DNA from: Oikopleura dioica
Taxonomy: Eukaryota > Animalia > Chordata
Direction: 5' to 3'
Length of the DNA: 64,000 bases
Assembly (NCBI GenBank): GCA_907165135.1
Contig: OU015566.1
Span: forward strand, 13,888,001 to 13,952,000
Positions 10,544 to 22,075 of the stretch are shown one piece after another (within the stretch, counting starts at the first letter, position 1; every line of letters starts with the position of its first letter). The translations under genes were made by a program, and so were the position numbers. The notes below the pieces were generated by a model that saw only the letters and a program-made list of their open reading frames with translations, had not been told where the DNA came from and ran no database searches.

Positions 10544-12807
10544 ATGCGCGGGTTTCTTCTTTTTTTCTTTTTTTCAATATTAGATCGCTCATTTTTATTC
10601 GTAAACCCTAAAAAAAGATATGCAGCCTCGAATTTTCATGCCCAGCTTTTTGCAAAAGCAGCAAAGGGCCGGCAAAAGTTGCCAGAAACAGGGCCGCGAA
10701 ATGCAAAAAAGCGGCCGAGGAAGAATTCAAGCGCTGCCTAGGAGAATGCATCTTCGTTGATTGCGTCGATGAATGCCAGAATCAATTTCGGCGTGAGCTG
10801 GAAACATGTCCCTGCTGGCAAAACGACGAGTCTCGAAATCGTTGTACGGAGAGAACGGTCCTTGATCTCGAGCAATATCGGAAAGGTTCAGAAAAAATGG
10901 TTTTGTTATGGCTAAATATTGCTTTTCTTGACTTAAAAAAGTATCATGGTCGACGATCTACAGGAGCATGCGAATGGCCTTGAAAGCGAAAACCAGAAGT
11001 TGAAAGACGAAATTGAAATTCTCAATCAAAAGTCAAAAAGTCTCTCTGAAAACCTATCAAGCATGGAAATTGAGAATGAGAGACTTTCAAGCGAGGAAAA
11101 ACGGTAATTTTACTCGTGAAAATTTTGACGATGAATTTCTGACTCAGACTAAAAACGAGAAATAACAATTTGTGGAGAAAACTTCAAGAAAAAGGTAATT
11201 TTGGAGAGAATCTTTCATCTGGTGTAATAAAATCTAGATGCGGAAATGAACAGGCTTCAAACTGAGAATGCAAATTTGATCGCTGCCAATGAAGAACTAA
11301 AAACATCAAAAACAGATACAGAGGAGGTGCAGACTGCCTTGGCTGAAATCAAGGAAGATTTGGATGAAACAAAAATGGAAAAAAGCGAGATTCAAGAATA
11401 TTTGGACATTGAAAGAGTCAAGTAACGAAAAATCCTTGTTTGCTTTTTTAAAGACTGCGATACTTAGAAATTCTGACCTTCAAAGCGAAATCGAAAATTG
11501 TAGAAATGAAATTCAGGAAGAAAAAGAGCAATGCTTACAGACTACTCAGGTATTTTAATGGTTTTTTAATTGATGCTTATTTTATTAAAATGACAAGGCT
11601 TTGACGATTGATCTCGAGCGAACTGAAGATGAAAAAGAAGCAATAGAGACGCGAATGTCAAATAATGAAAGAGATTTGGAGAAACTCAAGTTCGAAAACG
11701 AAAAGTGCTTCGGACGGGAGAAGAATTCGTTGATGGTTCTTTCTGGCTATAAGTCTCAAACAGAGTTTCTCAGCTACGTTCTCAAACCTGACGGAAGCGA
11801 GAGTCCTCGGACAATCAAGATTCCTTCGTCTAAAAATGGAGATCATTACCTTTTCGCATCAATTTCTGCTTTGATTCGTGGAAAAATCTACATTTTTGGT
11901 GAAGGAAGTAACATAGACTATGGACTGAGGGTAAGAACGCAACTAAAACTAAATCATAGCTTATTAACTTAGATAAGAATGATAAGTTGGTGTGGAATCA
12001 AGGAGTTAGATGTCAAATTAAACAATAATTATTACTTCGGCTCTTCTGTAGTTACGGCGGCTGATCAACAATCAGGTAAAGACTTTGTTGCGATTGAAAA
12101 GGCTTCAGTTGTTTATTTATTTTAGCGTTGATTTGCTTTCCGGATGATGAAAATTTCAAAAAATGCGAAGAATTTGATGGAAGTGCTGTTTCAATAAAAC
12201 CGGCGACGAAATACTCGCATAGAGATTCATGCTTGGCGCTCTACAAAAACCAACCAGTTGCAGTCAGCTCCGAACTTTCTGACGGCTACAAAAAAGTGGA
12301 GAAATTCGATGGCGCTTCTTGGACGGAAATGGAAGATTTTCCAAAGTAAATCGATTTTATATTTATTATTTGATGATTTGAAGGGCAATTTTGGTTCACT
12401 CCTGCATTGGAGTCTTCGACGGATATCTTCTTCTGGGAGGTTCATACCAAGAAAATAATAAATATTACAGTATAAAAGATGTTTATTTACTTCGCAACTC
12501 AAGATGGACCGTGGTTGGCCGGCTCAATGAATATGTAAGGTCTTTATTGAACAAGGCGAAATGAGCTTGAATTTTAGCATTGGTACTCTTCTGCAACACG
12601 AATTGGAAATACGATTTATCTTGTGAGCGGCAAAAAAGAACCGTAAGTTATTCGAAAGAATCAATCAAAAATATTGAACTTAGTTTCGCTGTGGAGAAAC
12701 TTGAATGGGACGGAGAAAAAATATCCTCGGCGAAAGTCGTCAACAACCACTCAAGCAAATTTTATCGCCCGATCATATTCCCTGTCGATGAATTTTACTG
12801 TACCTAA
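10544..12807 (+). CDS. Cluster A gene 3: signal peptide + Cys-rich module + long coiled coil + kelch-like propeller
   Basis: MRGFLLFFFFSIL is joined by a probable 35-bp GA-AG intron (10583-10617) to ICSLEFSCPAFC...CKKAAEEEFKRCLGECIFVDCVDECQNQFRRELETCPC. Several coiled-coil exons follow, then CFGREKNSLMVLSGY, ALIRGKIYIFG and RPIIFPVDEFYCT-stop (12805-12807). Confidence 0.78.
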
Positions 12808-14169
12808 ACTCTTGCACAAAAAAATAAATAAGCTGAAGTCACGACAAATCAACAAAATAACTGACTCTATAGTGTAAGCCTAACTCTTATCGTTTAGAAT
12901 TTGAAATCAAGGAAGAGATTTTTCCAAACAAACCCAAAGTAGCTCTCCGGCTGAGTCAGAAATTTCTACTTATGTCTAAAAATTAATGAACCGTGCCAGT
13001 CAAGCCAATATATCAACGGCGTGAAATGGCACTTTTTGAGTGTTACTGTACTTTTATCGCGCCTTTTGAGAAGGTCGTTTTTAATGAGCTTATCATTTTA
13101 CACCTTTTATAGCTTTCTCTAAAAAGATTTTAAAGTCGTTAATTGGAATTTTTCCGCCGATGAATATTCAGAAGGCGGCTTTTCTAGCGCCCAAGAAAGC
13201 TCGAAGCCGCAGCTACTTTGAATATAAAGTGCAATTGTCATCTTATCGCAATCCATCTCCTGCCAGGGAAAGTGCTTTATGCAAAACGCAGAAAAGAATA
13301 GAATGTGTGTTTTCCTTCCAGATACAAATCTGCTTCAATCAAAAAGCTTACTTCTCCAAAATTGTGATTTACTCCGACATCTCTGACTAAAAACCGGCAT
13401 TTTTTTTGTCCAAGATTGTGAAGAATACTTCGAAAGTGTGGCCCAAGATTGCTTAGTCAAGATTTCCCTGTTTTGATTGGTCAAAAGCGACAAATCTCGC
13501 GTGGGCAGCTAATCGGCTGCTAATTGGCCGGTTTGCCGAATCCAGGCTTCTGATTCGTTGAAATTTTCGCGTTTTTCTTGACAATTTCTTGGTTGAATAA
13601 TTCTAGCGCAGATTCTAGTATTCAATTAACTAGAATGATTCTCAATTATTCCAAAAAGAAACGACCCTTTTCTTCCGGTGCTTTTATGTTCCTAATCAAG
13701 TGCTTTTTTTTCTTTCTTTTCTGCTTGACAAGTCTTTTTCGGAGAAGATGAGGTAAAAACAGTTTTCTAAGTTTCTTGTTTTTGAATTGCAGATTTTATG
13801 CAGCTTCGATCATTTTGACAAGACCGTGTTTAGCCTCGCGTATTTTTCTTTTTCCGAAAACGTGTATTTTTGAAAATGTATTTTTCGGTTTTGAAGAGAA
13901 AGAGCTTGTTCTAAGTACTGTCAGTTGATTTCCCCCGTTGCGTTTATTTTATCGATATCCGCAAGTAAGGGTTTGCAAAAACTAACATGGCAAACATCTG
14001 GCAGATATTTCGGAAGAGCAACAATGCGGTAAATGAACACACGTTCCATTTTTGAATATAAGAAGCAGTAAATCTTTCCTTTTGCAAAATGCAAATAACG
14101 ATACGAAATAGGCAAATAGTAATTTTCTATAAAGATTCCGCTTGCTGCCTTTTTCTCGCTCTAATTTGA

Positions 14170-14745
14170 AAAGAGAAATATCGCGTAGATCAAGTAGCGA
14201 CTCGCATTGTTATAGCGAGTCCTATATAGGAGATTACAGAAGTCTTTCATTGACTGAAGCGTCTGAGAGTCCCGTTGATTATACTCGCGAAAATACTCCT
14301 CGAATACCGGGACGTAAGATATCGAACGATTGAATGAGTATAAAAGTTAATTCAAGAGTCATTATCGCCTGCTGATGTCAAAGCAATGATAGAGGAGCAT
14401 ACAAGGCCATTACATGATATAATTTTCGAAAATCGAACCGATCTATACAGAATGAAAACAGAATTGAGAGAATCGCAGAGTAGTAGAAAGCGAATGGAAG
14501 AAAAAATATCGTACCTTGAAAATTGGAAGAAAACTCAAATGGTGACGATGCTTGAAATGAAAAGACAAACAGACGATATTGTGGTTGATCTCGCTCAGAT
14601 TCAAGTCCAACTAAATGCAAAAATAAAAGAAAACGATGAACAAATTGGTGGATTAAAAATCAAAGTCAAAGACTATGAACAAGAGATCGCAAGCTGTAGG
14701 AAGGAGATCGAACGACAAAAGCTTCTTCTGAAAAGAGTAACATAA
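14170..14745 (+). CDS. Hypothetical coiled-coil protein (3' exons; 5' end uncertain)
   Basis: An S-rich exon (ISRRSSSDSHCYSES...) is followed by a 119-aa ORF (14386-14745) with heptad-like E/K/Q composition and AATAAA at ~14772. Confidence 0.5.
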
Positions 14746-15258
14746 ATTATTGAAAAACATCTCTTTCTTTACAATAAAAGCCTTTACTGTTAATTGCCGT
14801 AACTTGAAGGAAAGAACTCGAAAATCTGCATGAGCAAGTTTTAATTTCCGCCGAAAGTCATTCAGTCCAGTTTCCGGTTCGTCAAAATCGCGGCGACCTC
14901 AATTGAAGAGATGGAGAACCGCACACGTCCGATAATTCAAGATTGTTTGAAACCGGCCGCCCAATTTCCATGAAATGCTAGCCAGCGCTGACGCAAAAAC
15001 TGTCACTCTTATCAAATCCTCTAGTTTCTATTCCTTAGCTTTTGATAAAAAGCGTTCTGGGAAGAAACAAGCCGCGAGTATTTATAGTTACGTCCAGTTG
15101 AGGGCACACTTGAGAGTGGATCCTCTAATAACAGTTTCACTTTGTCCGGGCGAGATGGCTCCCTTCCGTTCTTTTTTAGTTGATTCGGGGAAGAACACGT
15201 TTTTGTAATTTTTTTTCTTTATGATCTGGCTTTCGAAAGAAAAAAAAAATATTTCTGT

Positions 15259-16430
15259 CGCTAAGTGGGGCTGTTTTTATTTTCGGTAATCTGATTGGCT
15301 GATACACTTGATTTTCCAATGATTTATCAAATTTTTTTTATTGCGAATCATATATAATGAATTCAATAAAATTTACTCGCTAGAAGGCGCTGTTTGAATT
15401 TTCTCAATTCTGATTGGCTGAGAAGCTTATATCCCTAGTTTCATTTTCAGTGATAAATGATTACTAATAATAGCTAAACTGTGAATGATTTTTTTCCGCT
15501 GAGTGGCGCTGTTTGTATTAACTCGGTTCTGATTGGCCGGAACAATTTCAAAGAGAAGATTTCGTATTGAAAATGTTACAAAATCACTTACTTTTCCGGC
15601 GCCAATTCAAGTGATTTTCGCGCTTTAGAAATCAAAAGTACTAATCTTCGAAATGAGCCCTTATCTCGGCGGCTTATTTCTGTTCAGCGAGAGCTCGCAA
15701 GTCGATCAAAAGAAGAGATTCGCTAGAATTGACAAGACAAATGGCCACTTCAAGCGCGTTTCAATTGAACGGGGGTTCTGTTAGATTGCTTGTAAAATTG
15801 AAAGCAGAAATTGGTTTATTTTCGAAAATGTGTTGACACGCTTTTTTTGTGTTTTTCGCCAGTTCCGTTGAATTCCGCTTTTGATCATTATTTTTAGACC
15901 TTTTTTATTAAAAAAAAATTTTAAGATTTTACGCCGTCGGATGAAATTATTCGTTATCGAAAGAAGCCGCTGTAGAAAATTTTTATTTCAGAAAAAAAAA
16001 TTTTAAGTAAAAAATTGTCAAATTGATTGAAACTGGTTACTTTGATGCGCCGCACGTTCCATTCGCGATATGAATATTCGCAAATGGAGCCGATATCAGC
16101 TTTGTTTGATCGAAGTTGAGACATTATCGGTCAACATGAGCCGGATTGGCACGTGCCCCGCCAAGTGCCCCTGACGTAAATGGAGGATAAGTGCGCCCAG
16201 CTGATTCCTTCCTTTTTTCCGATTCAGAAAAGTGTCCTCCTACTGTAAACACAACTGTAAAGAGACAAATAAAACAAACATGTGGTTTTAAAAAGCTTCC
16301 TCTGATAGCTCTTTTCTGGCCAATCAGAAGCCAGAAAATCCGGAAACAGCGCCACTTAGCGGAAAATATAGAGATCTTTCGTTTTAGCCAATCAGAAGCA
16401 AGAAAAATCGAAAACAGCGCCGCTCAGCGG
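15259..16430. promoter_or_regulatory. Cluster of bipartite CCAAT-box modules (3 in one orientation, 2 in the opposite) around a CCAAT/E-box/GC-rich core
   Basis: The module CGCT(A/G)AGTGGCGCTGTTT-N~13-(T)TCTGATTGGC starts at 15259, 15378 and 15497; reverse-complement copies are at 16318-16361 and 16386-16430. GATTGGCACGTGCCCCGCC...TGACGT lies at ~16144-16178. A regulatory role is inferred. Confidence 0.5.
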
Positions 16431-17972
16431 AAAATCGAACTTTTCTTTATAAAAAATTATTAGATACTGTAGTTGAAAAAAGAGGAAATTAGACACGTGA
16501 GAAGAGAAAATATAGAGTTTGGGTTTAATACAAAAAACGCGTCAGAATCCAATAAGCCGCGGTCGTTTACTTGATTTAGTAAAATGAAACGCCCGGTCGA
16601 ATCTCTCTTTTGATCAGCCACTTTCTCACGTTATCTACAAACAAAAATACTGTATCTAAAAACAGGAAAACCCGCTAGAATCTCAACTGAAAGATCAAAG
16701 GTCAAAAGGAAAGAAAAAAAGAAGGTATTTCGGAAGAAAAAATCCGGGAAGATAAAAATTCCTGGAGCGTTTTTCAGGGGATGAGCATCTTCCGAGAGCA
16801 TCGAGTGCCAGTAGCGACGAAAGTATTTTTCAAAATATTCCATTCATTCTGCTTCAATTCCGCTTTCTAATGAGCCAAAAGGTCAATCTAAAAAAAACGC
16901 TCACATCATCTCTTGAAGCCCTTTTTTTCATCATCAAAGCCGAAAAATTACAAAACGATGAGAATCTTACCGGCTTTTTAAAAAAGCGAGGGAGAATCAC
17001 TTTCTAAATTTAAAGAGCTGAGAATCGCCTGACGCTCTCATTAGCGGAAGGAGGCCAGTTTCTAACGAGCAGTTGGGAGATTTTTCTCGCGAGTTTCAAC
17101 AGCGACTAAATGCCACCATTAACAAACGTGTGATGCTCCATGACCACGTGATTTTCGCTCGCGAAAGATTTTCTTTGCGAAAAATTCGAAATCGCCCGCG
17201 TCAAATCAAAATTAACAATAAAAAGTATCTTATTTTGAAGCAGTCTGTTTTGATCATTTTTTGTCTTTCTGACGAGTCTATCTTTTTGAACTGTTGTCCG
17301 GCTGAGGTCTTCAACTTCCGAGTCAATATTTCCCTTTGGCGGCTGGAGCTTCTGTTTGTCTACCGGTGAGTTGCGTTACTGTTGCGGTCCTGGACTTCTG
17401 AGACAACGAATCTGATCGAAAACACAGATCTTCCAAGAAAAAATCGGCGATTTTGAAAAGAGGATTTTTGGTTTTGCATTCTTTCCGGGCTGATCATTTT
17501 TTTTGAAAATAGAAATGATTACGGCAGACTTTATTTCTTGTAAATTTGAGCAAAAATTTCAAAGAGAAAAGATTTTTTGTGATGCTTATTCGTGTTGATG
17601 TTCCTCGAATGTCATCATTCTTAATCGATGAAGTCGCGCTTTCGTTCATCCCGTTTTCATCCCAAGAAAGCCAGTGGCCATACCAATCGTTTTGGTCGTT
17701 TTGTCACATTTTAAAATTGAATATTTTTTCTCAGTTTGCTGAGCGAATCTCTATTACGGTTAGGGTTAGGGTTGCTAGCTAGAAGCGGAGTTTCTTTCCG
17801 GTCTAAATTTCTATCCCAACAATTTGAGTGGTCCGCTTACTGTCTATTTTTTCATCTCGCTTTGAAGGTAGAAGCGCTTAGACCGGAAATTAACTCCCAC
17901 TTTAGTTCGCTTAAAAGCAGCCGTCAAGAGATCTCTTCATCAGACTGAGAAAAAAAAGAATTGATTTTTAAA

Positions 17973-18191
17973 ATGGGACAAAACGACCAAGACGACTGCA
18001 TCACCAATCCGTTTCATTGGAAAGACGAAAATGATGGATATGCTTACGGATACGATGAGTTACCTCGCGACTTCATTGACTCCCTCAGTGCTGAACAAAA
18101 AGCAAAGCTCCAGGAACTCAAGGAAAAGAACAAGGAGTTCGCTGCTACGCTCACCAAGGATCAACAGGCACAGAGTCAGACCTTTTCTTGA
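17973..18191 (+). CDS. Small single-exon hypothetical protein (72 aa)
   Basis: MGQNDQDDCITNPFHWKDENDGYAYGYDELPRDFIDSLSAEQKAKLQELKEKNKEFAATLTKDQQAQSQTFS. Codon composition is coding-like; a possible acceptor TTCATCAG is at ~17943 and AATAAA at ~18328. No family recognised. Confidence 0.5.
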   Translation: MGQNDQDDCITNPFHWKDENDGYAYGYDELPRDFIDSLSAEQKAKLQELKEKNKEFAATLTKDQQAQSQTFS

Positions 18192-19463
18192 ACCATTCTT
18201 TACGTTATAAGATAACTCTGAACAGGATCTTATGCGAAGATGAAGAAATTCAACATCTGAAAAAAATCATTTCTCTCCTTAAAAATTTTCTCATATGAAT
18301 TTCAAATTTCTGCTCAAATTTTCGATAAATAAAGTCCCTCGTAAGCATCCTTTGGACAGTAACGCAACTCACAGGGGTGAATTTTTGATAAGTTTTCACG
18401 CGTCATCCTCGTGTTGTGAAAATAACTTTCATTTCGGCAGGATCAAGCACCTGAAACATTATTGACGCGAACAAGCGTTGTTTCACAAATCCAAAAAAAG
18501 AACGAAAAAACTCTCGACTTTGCATAAACTAGAAACGCGCACAATTGGACTTGTAACATCGTGTTTTTTGTTACGAATACTTTGATCGGCATTTGCATTA
18601 TTCTGAAAGCCCTAGAAACCGTCACTTTTCGGTCAAATTCAGCATCTTTTTGTGCAAAAAGATTCAGGATCATCCGACTTTTCGGAGCGAGATCTTATCA
18701 CCTCCTGTTTTTGGCTTTCTTATCACTCCCTGTTTTAGTTTTAGTGATGTAATCTTTGTCCAGTATTTATGAATTGAGAAATATATCTTCAGAGCGCTGA
18801 GAAAAAGGCTGTTTAGAAATCAAATTGCCGGGCAAAATCTCTCATATTTTTCGTTTATGGTACACCCAGCTTATGTTTTTTGATAACAGGTGGGTCAGAC
18901 TCGGGGTGAAGAGCATGACACAATCGTTTTTTTTTATGAAACGAAATTTACTTTTGATATTTTTTTGTTAAAATCAATTAAATTATTTTTTTTTTTGAAT
19001 TTCGCGCCAAAAAAATATTTTTGAATTTCCCGCAGTTTTTGAATAATTTTAGGTATTTTTATTAATTTACCGGACATTTTTTTTCTGAAAATCTAAAAGA
19101 AAAATCGCGGAAATGCAATTCGCGCCGGGGCGTGCGCGTCAATTAGCGCTTCGGTCATTTTTGGCGCGCGATTCAAAAGGGCTGACTTTGGCGGTGTAGC
19201 GGGTGTCACCAATTAGGCGCATGTTTAGCCGATTAACCGCGTGGAGGAGGCGCTTGTTGGGAAGTAGCCAACTGCTGACCCCAAGAAACATGGATCAGTG
19301 GGTGTTGAAAGACTTGTAAGGATCAGTTGCCAAAATAAAGAAGCTCTTTTACGAACGCTTTGATGGCCGCTGCGGATTAGTGTATCAGAGTCATAGCTAG
19401 AAAACTTAGGTCCCAGAGGGTGGTCTTAAAATACCGAATTCTCATCAAAAATCGGTAAAAGAT

Positions 19464-19534
19464 TGCAACGTCCGGGAATCGAACCCGGGCCTCCCGCGTG
19501 GCAGGCGAGAATTCTACCACTGAACCAACGTTGC
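19464..19534 (-). tRNA. tRNA-Gly-GCC: tRNA-Gly (GCC)
   Basis: Reverse complement is GCAACGTTGGTTCAGTGGTAGAATTCTCGCCTGCCACGCGGGAGGCCCGGGTTCGATTCCCGGACGTTGCA. Full cloverleaf, anticodon loop CT-GCC-AC, T-loop GTTCGATTC. Confidence 0.95.
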
Positions 19535-19628
19535 CTGAGGGGCGTGCTCAAATAAGCAGTACTGATTCCTTCTGACAGGGGATGAGGGTTTATTTAATCT
19601 GTAGTGGCTAATTAGAGCCGTTCATCAA

Positions 19629-19699
19629 GCAACGTTGGTTCAGTGGTAGAATTCTCGCCTGCCACGCGGGAGGCCCGGGTTCGATTCCCGGACGTTGCA
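19629..19699 (+). tRNA. tRNA-Gly-GCC: tRNA-Gly (GCC), identical divergent copy
   Basis: The same 71-nt sequence on the + strand, followed by a TTTTT Pol III terminator-like run. Confidence 0.95.
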
Positions 19700-19905
19700 A
19701 GCTTTTTCCCATTTTTTCGTGAGTTTAACAGATCTCATACATTTTAAGACCACCCTAAGACCACTAAATAGGCAAAACGACCTTATTTTGTCAAAAAGAA
19801 AGCTTTTTTCATCCAAATGCGAATTTCTGCTAAAATATGTCGGAAAAGATCAGTGTAGCGATAAGTTTTATTTCCGTCACTACAGTACGAGAAAAACAGT
19901 TTTCC

Positions 19906-20687
19906 CTAAAATTCTGTGTTCGCCAAATGTGCCATCTGGTTCTTGCGAAGTCGAGTGTTCAAGTCCCAGCCGTGCGGGTCGGCGATGATCGCGTACGATC
20001 GATCGGTGATCTGAAAGTATTTTTTTAGCTTTTGAGCATTTTCGTCAACCCTTTCTTACCAGATCGGGCAAGTCTTGGTAGCAATTGAAGCACTTTTCGG
20101 GAAAGATGCGCTTCGGGTTCTCGGGTCGGTGAGTATCCACGTTTTCGTCGGAGAAGTAGTCCGGGTCGATCGTGAAATGCGCTGTTGGCACTAGAAAAAG
20201 AGGTTCAAAATTGGGTCGCTAAACTATAAAACGCTTACCGGGCTTGGCTTTCTTCAACTTTTCCTCCAAGAAATCGACATTTTTTCGAAGAGACTTGTTG
20301 CTTTGTCGAAGCCCCTTGTTTTTCGGCTCGAAAAGCTGCGTTAAAAACCTGAGTCAGGGGAGGGCCGGCACCTGACTCAGGTTTTGGCACAGGTTTTCGA
20401 GCCGAGCCTTATTTTCTTCTCGGAGAACTTTGACTTGTCTTTCCAGCAATTCTTGGACAGTTTCGCTGTTTTCCACTAAAAAACGCGAAACATCCCTTTT
20501 TGAATTAAAGTTTAAAACTTACATTGATGTTTTACCATGGATTCGTTCAATTTAGCCAGCTTCTTCTGCAATTTCTCGTCCTCTTTTCGCATTTCGGCGA
20601 CGAACTCTCGCTCCTTCTCTTCCTCCGACTTTCGCTTTTGTCCCGAAATTCTTGAGCTTTCTCCGACTTTTGTTTCTTCGAAGCCAT
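19906..20687 (-). CDS. Hypothetical coiled-coil protein with a C-terminal CxxC-containing region (5 exons; 5' end has a frame discrepancy)
   Basis: Spliced reading: ...KRKSEEEKEREFVAEMRKEDEKLQKKLAKLNESMVKHQ/LENSETVQELLERQVKVLREENK/GLRQSNKSLRKNVDFLEEKLKKAKP/VPTAHFTIDPDYFSDENVDTHRPENPKRIFPEKCFNCYQDLPDL/ITDRSYAIIADPHGWDLNTRLRKNQMAHLANTEF-stop, with consistent intron phases. Confidence 0.7.
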
Positions 20688-21950
20688 TTTTTCCTTCTTC
20701 GTCTTCTCGTCACTGGTTGGTGATTTTTTGAAAAATGAGCTTCACGTGGCGACGCAGCGAGTTTTTATACTCTCCCTTCGGCTCGAAAAAATGATTTCAG
20801 GAAAAAATGACTTCAGCGCTGAGAGCTACTTTTTCGAGTGTCTCGCAGACTGCCCAGATTTCTAATGAAGTTGAAAGCCTGATAAAACTCAATTTTTCGA
20901 TTCAAAATTTAAGGGGATAGACCTCGAAAAGCGCCAGAATTTCGGCGATCCCTAGAATCGAAATTTTTCTGAAGCTGTTCCATGAATAGCCATTCCCGTG
21001 CGGCCGAGTACCTTCATTATCGTCCCAAGTGTCCATTATTAAACCGCAAGGCCGCTTACGTTTTCGCCCATCTTTATTCAACCCTTTTCGTAAAATTTTC
21101 GAAAACGTAAAAATGACTAATAAATTCAAATTTATTCGTCTTCAACTTTTTTCAACGAAAATTTGATTCTGCAAAAAATACATTTTCGACTCAAAATTTT
21201 CAATTTTTCGACTCAAAAATGAACTTTGAGAACTTTTCTTTTTTCCCAAAGTTCTAATTTTTGAGTCGAAAAAGCTCGGTATTTTTTACAAAAAGAAATT
21301 CCACCGCAAGATCTCTCCAAATGCCGGGCGAGTTGTAATCGAGGTAGCGGTGCTTTGTCGATTTTCGAAGACAGAAAAAGAGAAAGGGAGGAGTTCGAGT
21401 TACAAACGTGAAGAATGCAAAATCACGAAATCACAGATCGCGAGGAGGACCGTCTGACCGCCGTCTTGGTCACCCACGTGTCCATCGTTTTTGCATTTTT
21501 ACGATTTTTAATAAGACAGAAGTTTTCGCTAAAAGTTCTTATTTCTTTTATTTTTCTATTTTGCAAGGGATTCTTGAAGGGAAAATGCATTGAGAACCTA
21601 AAAATTTTGCTGCATTTCAGAAATGAAATAAAAGAAAAAATAATTTATACAAAAATATAGCCAGATGAATCTTCTTATCGTTTTTTTCTATCAAAAGCTG
21701 GAGACATTGCATAACAGGCATTTTGCTTCACTTTAAAAATTGGAAAAAATTAATGCTTGCGCTGCATCACTTCTTTCAGATGAATCAGTTTTCATTTTAT
21801 TTACTTGCTGAAATTTTGAAGAGTCCGTATTTACAACCGAAAATGGGCGCCATCTGCTGATTAGATCTAGAACTGGAGCATGACGGTAGATGACTTGAGA
21901 AGATTAAATTTTCACGTAGAATGGTCTCAAAATTCGGCCACCCTAATTTG

Positions 21951-22075
21951 AGGTTAGTGTTAGGGGGGTTCCAAGGGGGGGAGCCCCCTAGGTTAGGTCT
22001 TAGGGTTAGGAACTGCGTACTTTTACCCACGGGGGGTCCCGGGGGCGAAGCCCCCAGGTTTGGAGTAGGGTTAGG
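21951..22075. repeat. GC-hairpin repeat (GGGGGCGAAGCCCCC-type) with TTAGGG-like linkers
   Basis: Two related units, GGGGGTTCCAAGGGGGGGAGCCCCCTAGG and GGGGGTCCCGGGGGCGAAGCCCCCAGG, separated and followed by TTAGGGTTAGG-like tracts. Confidence 0.6.
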
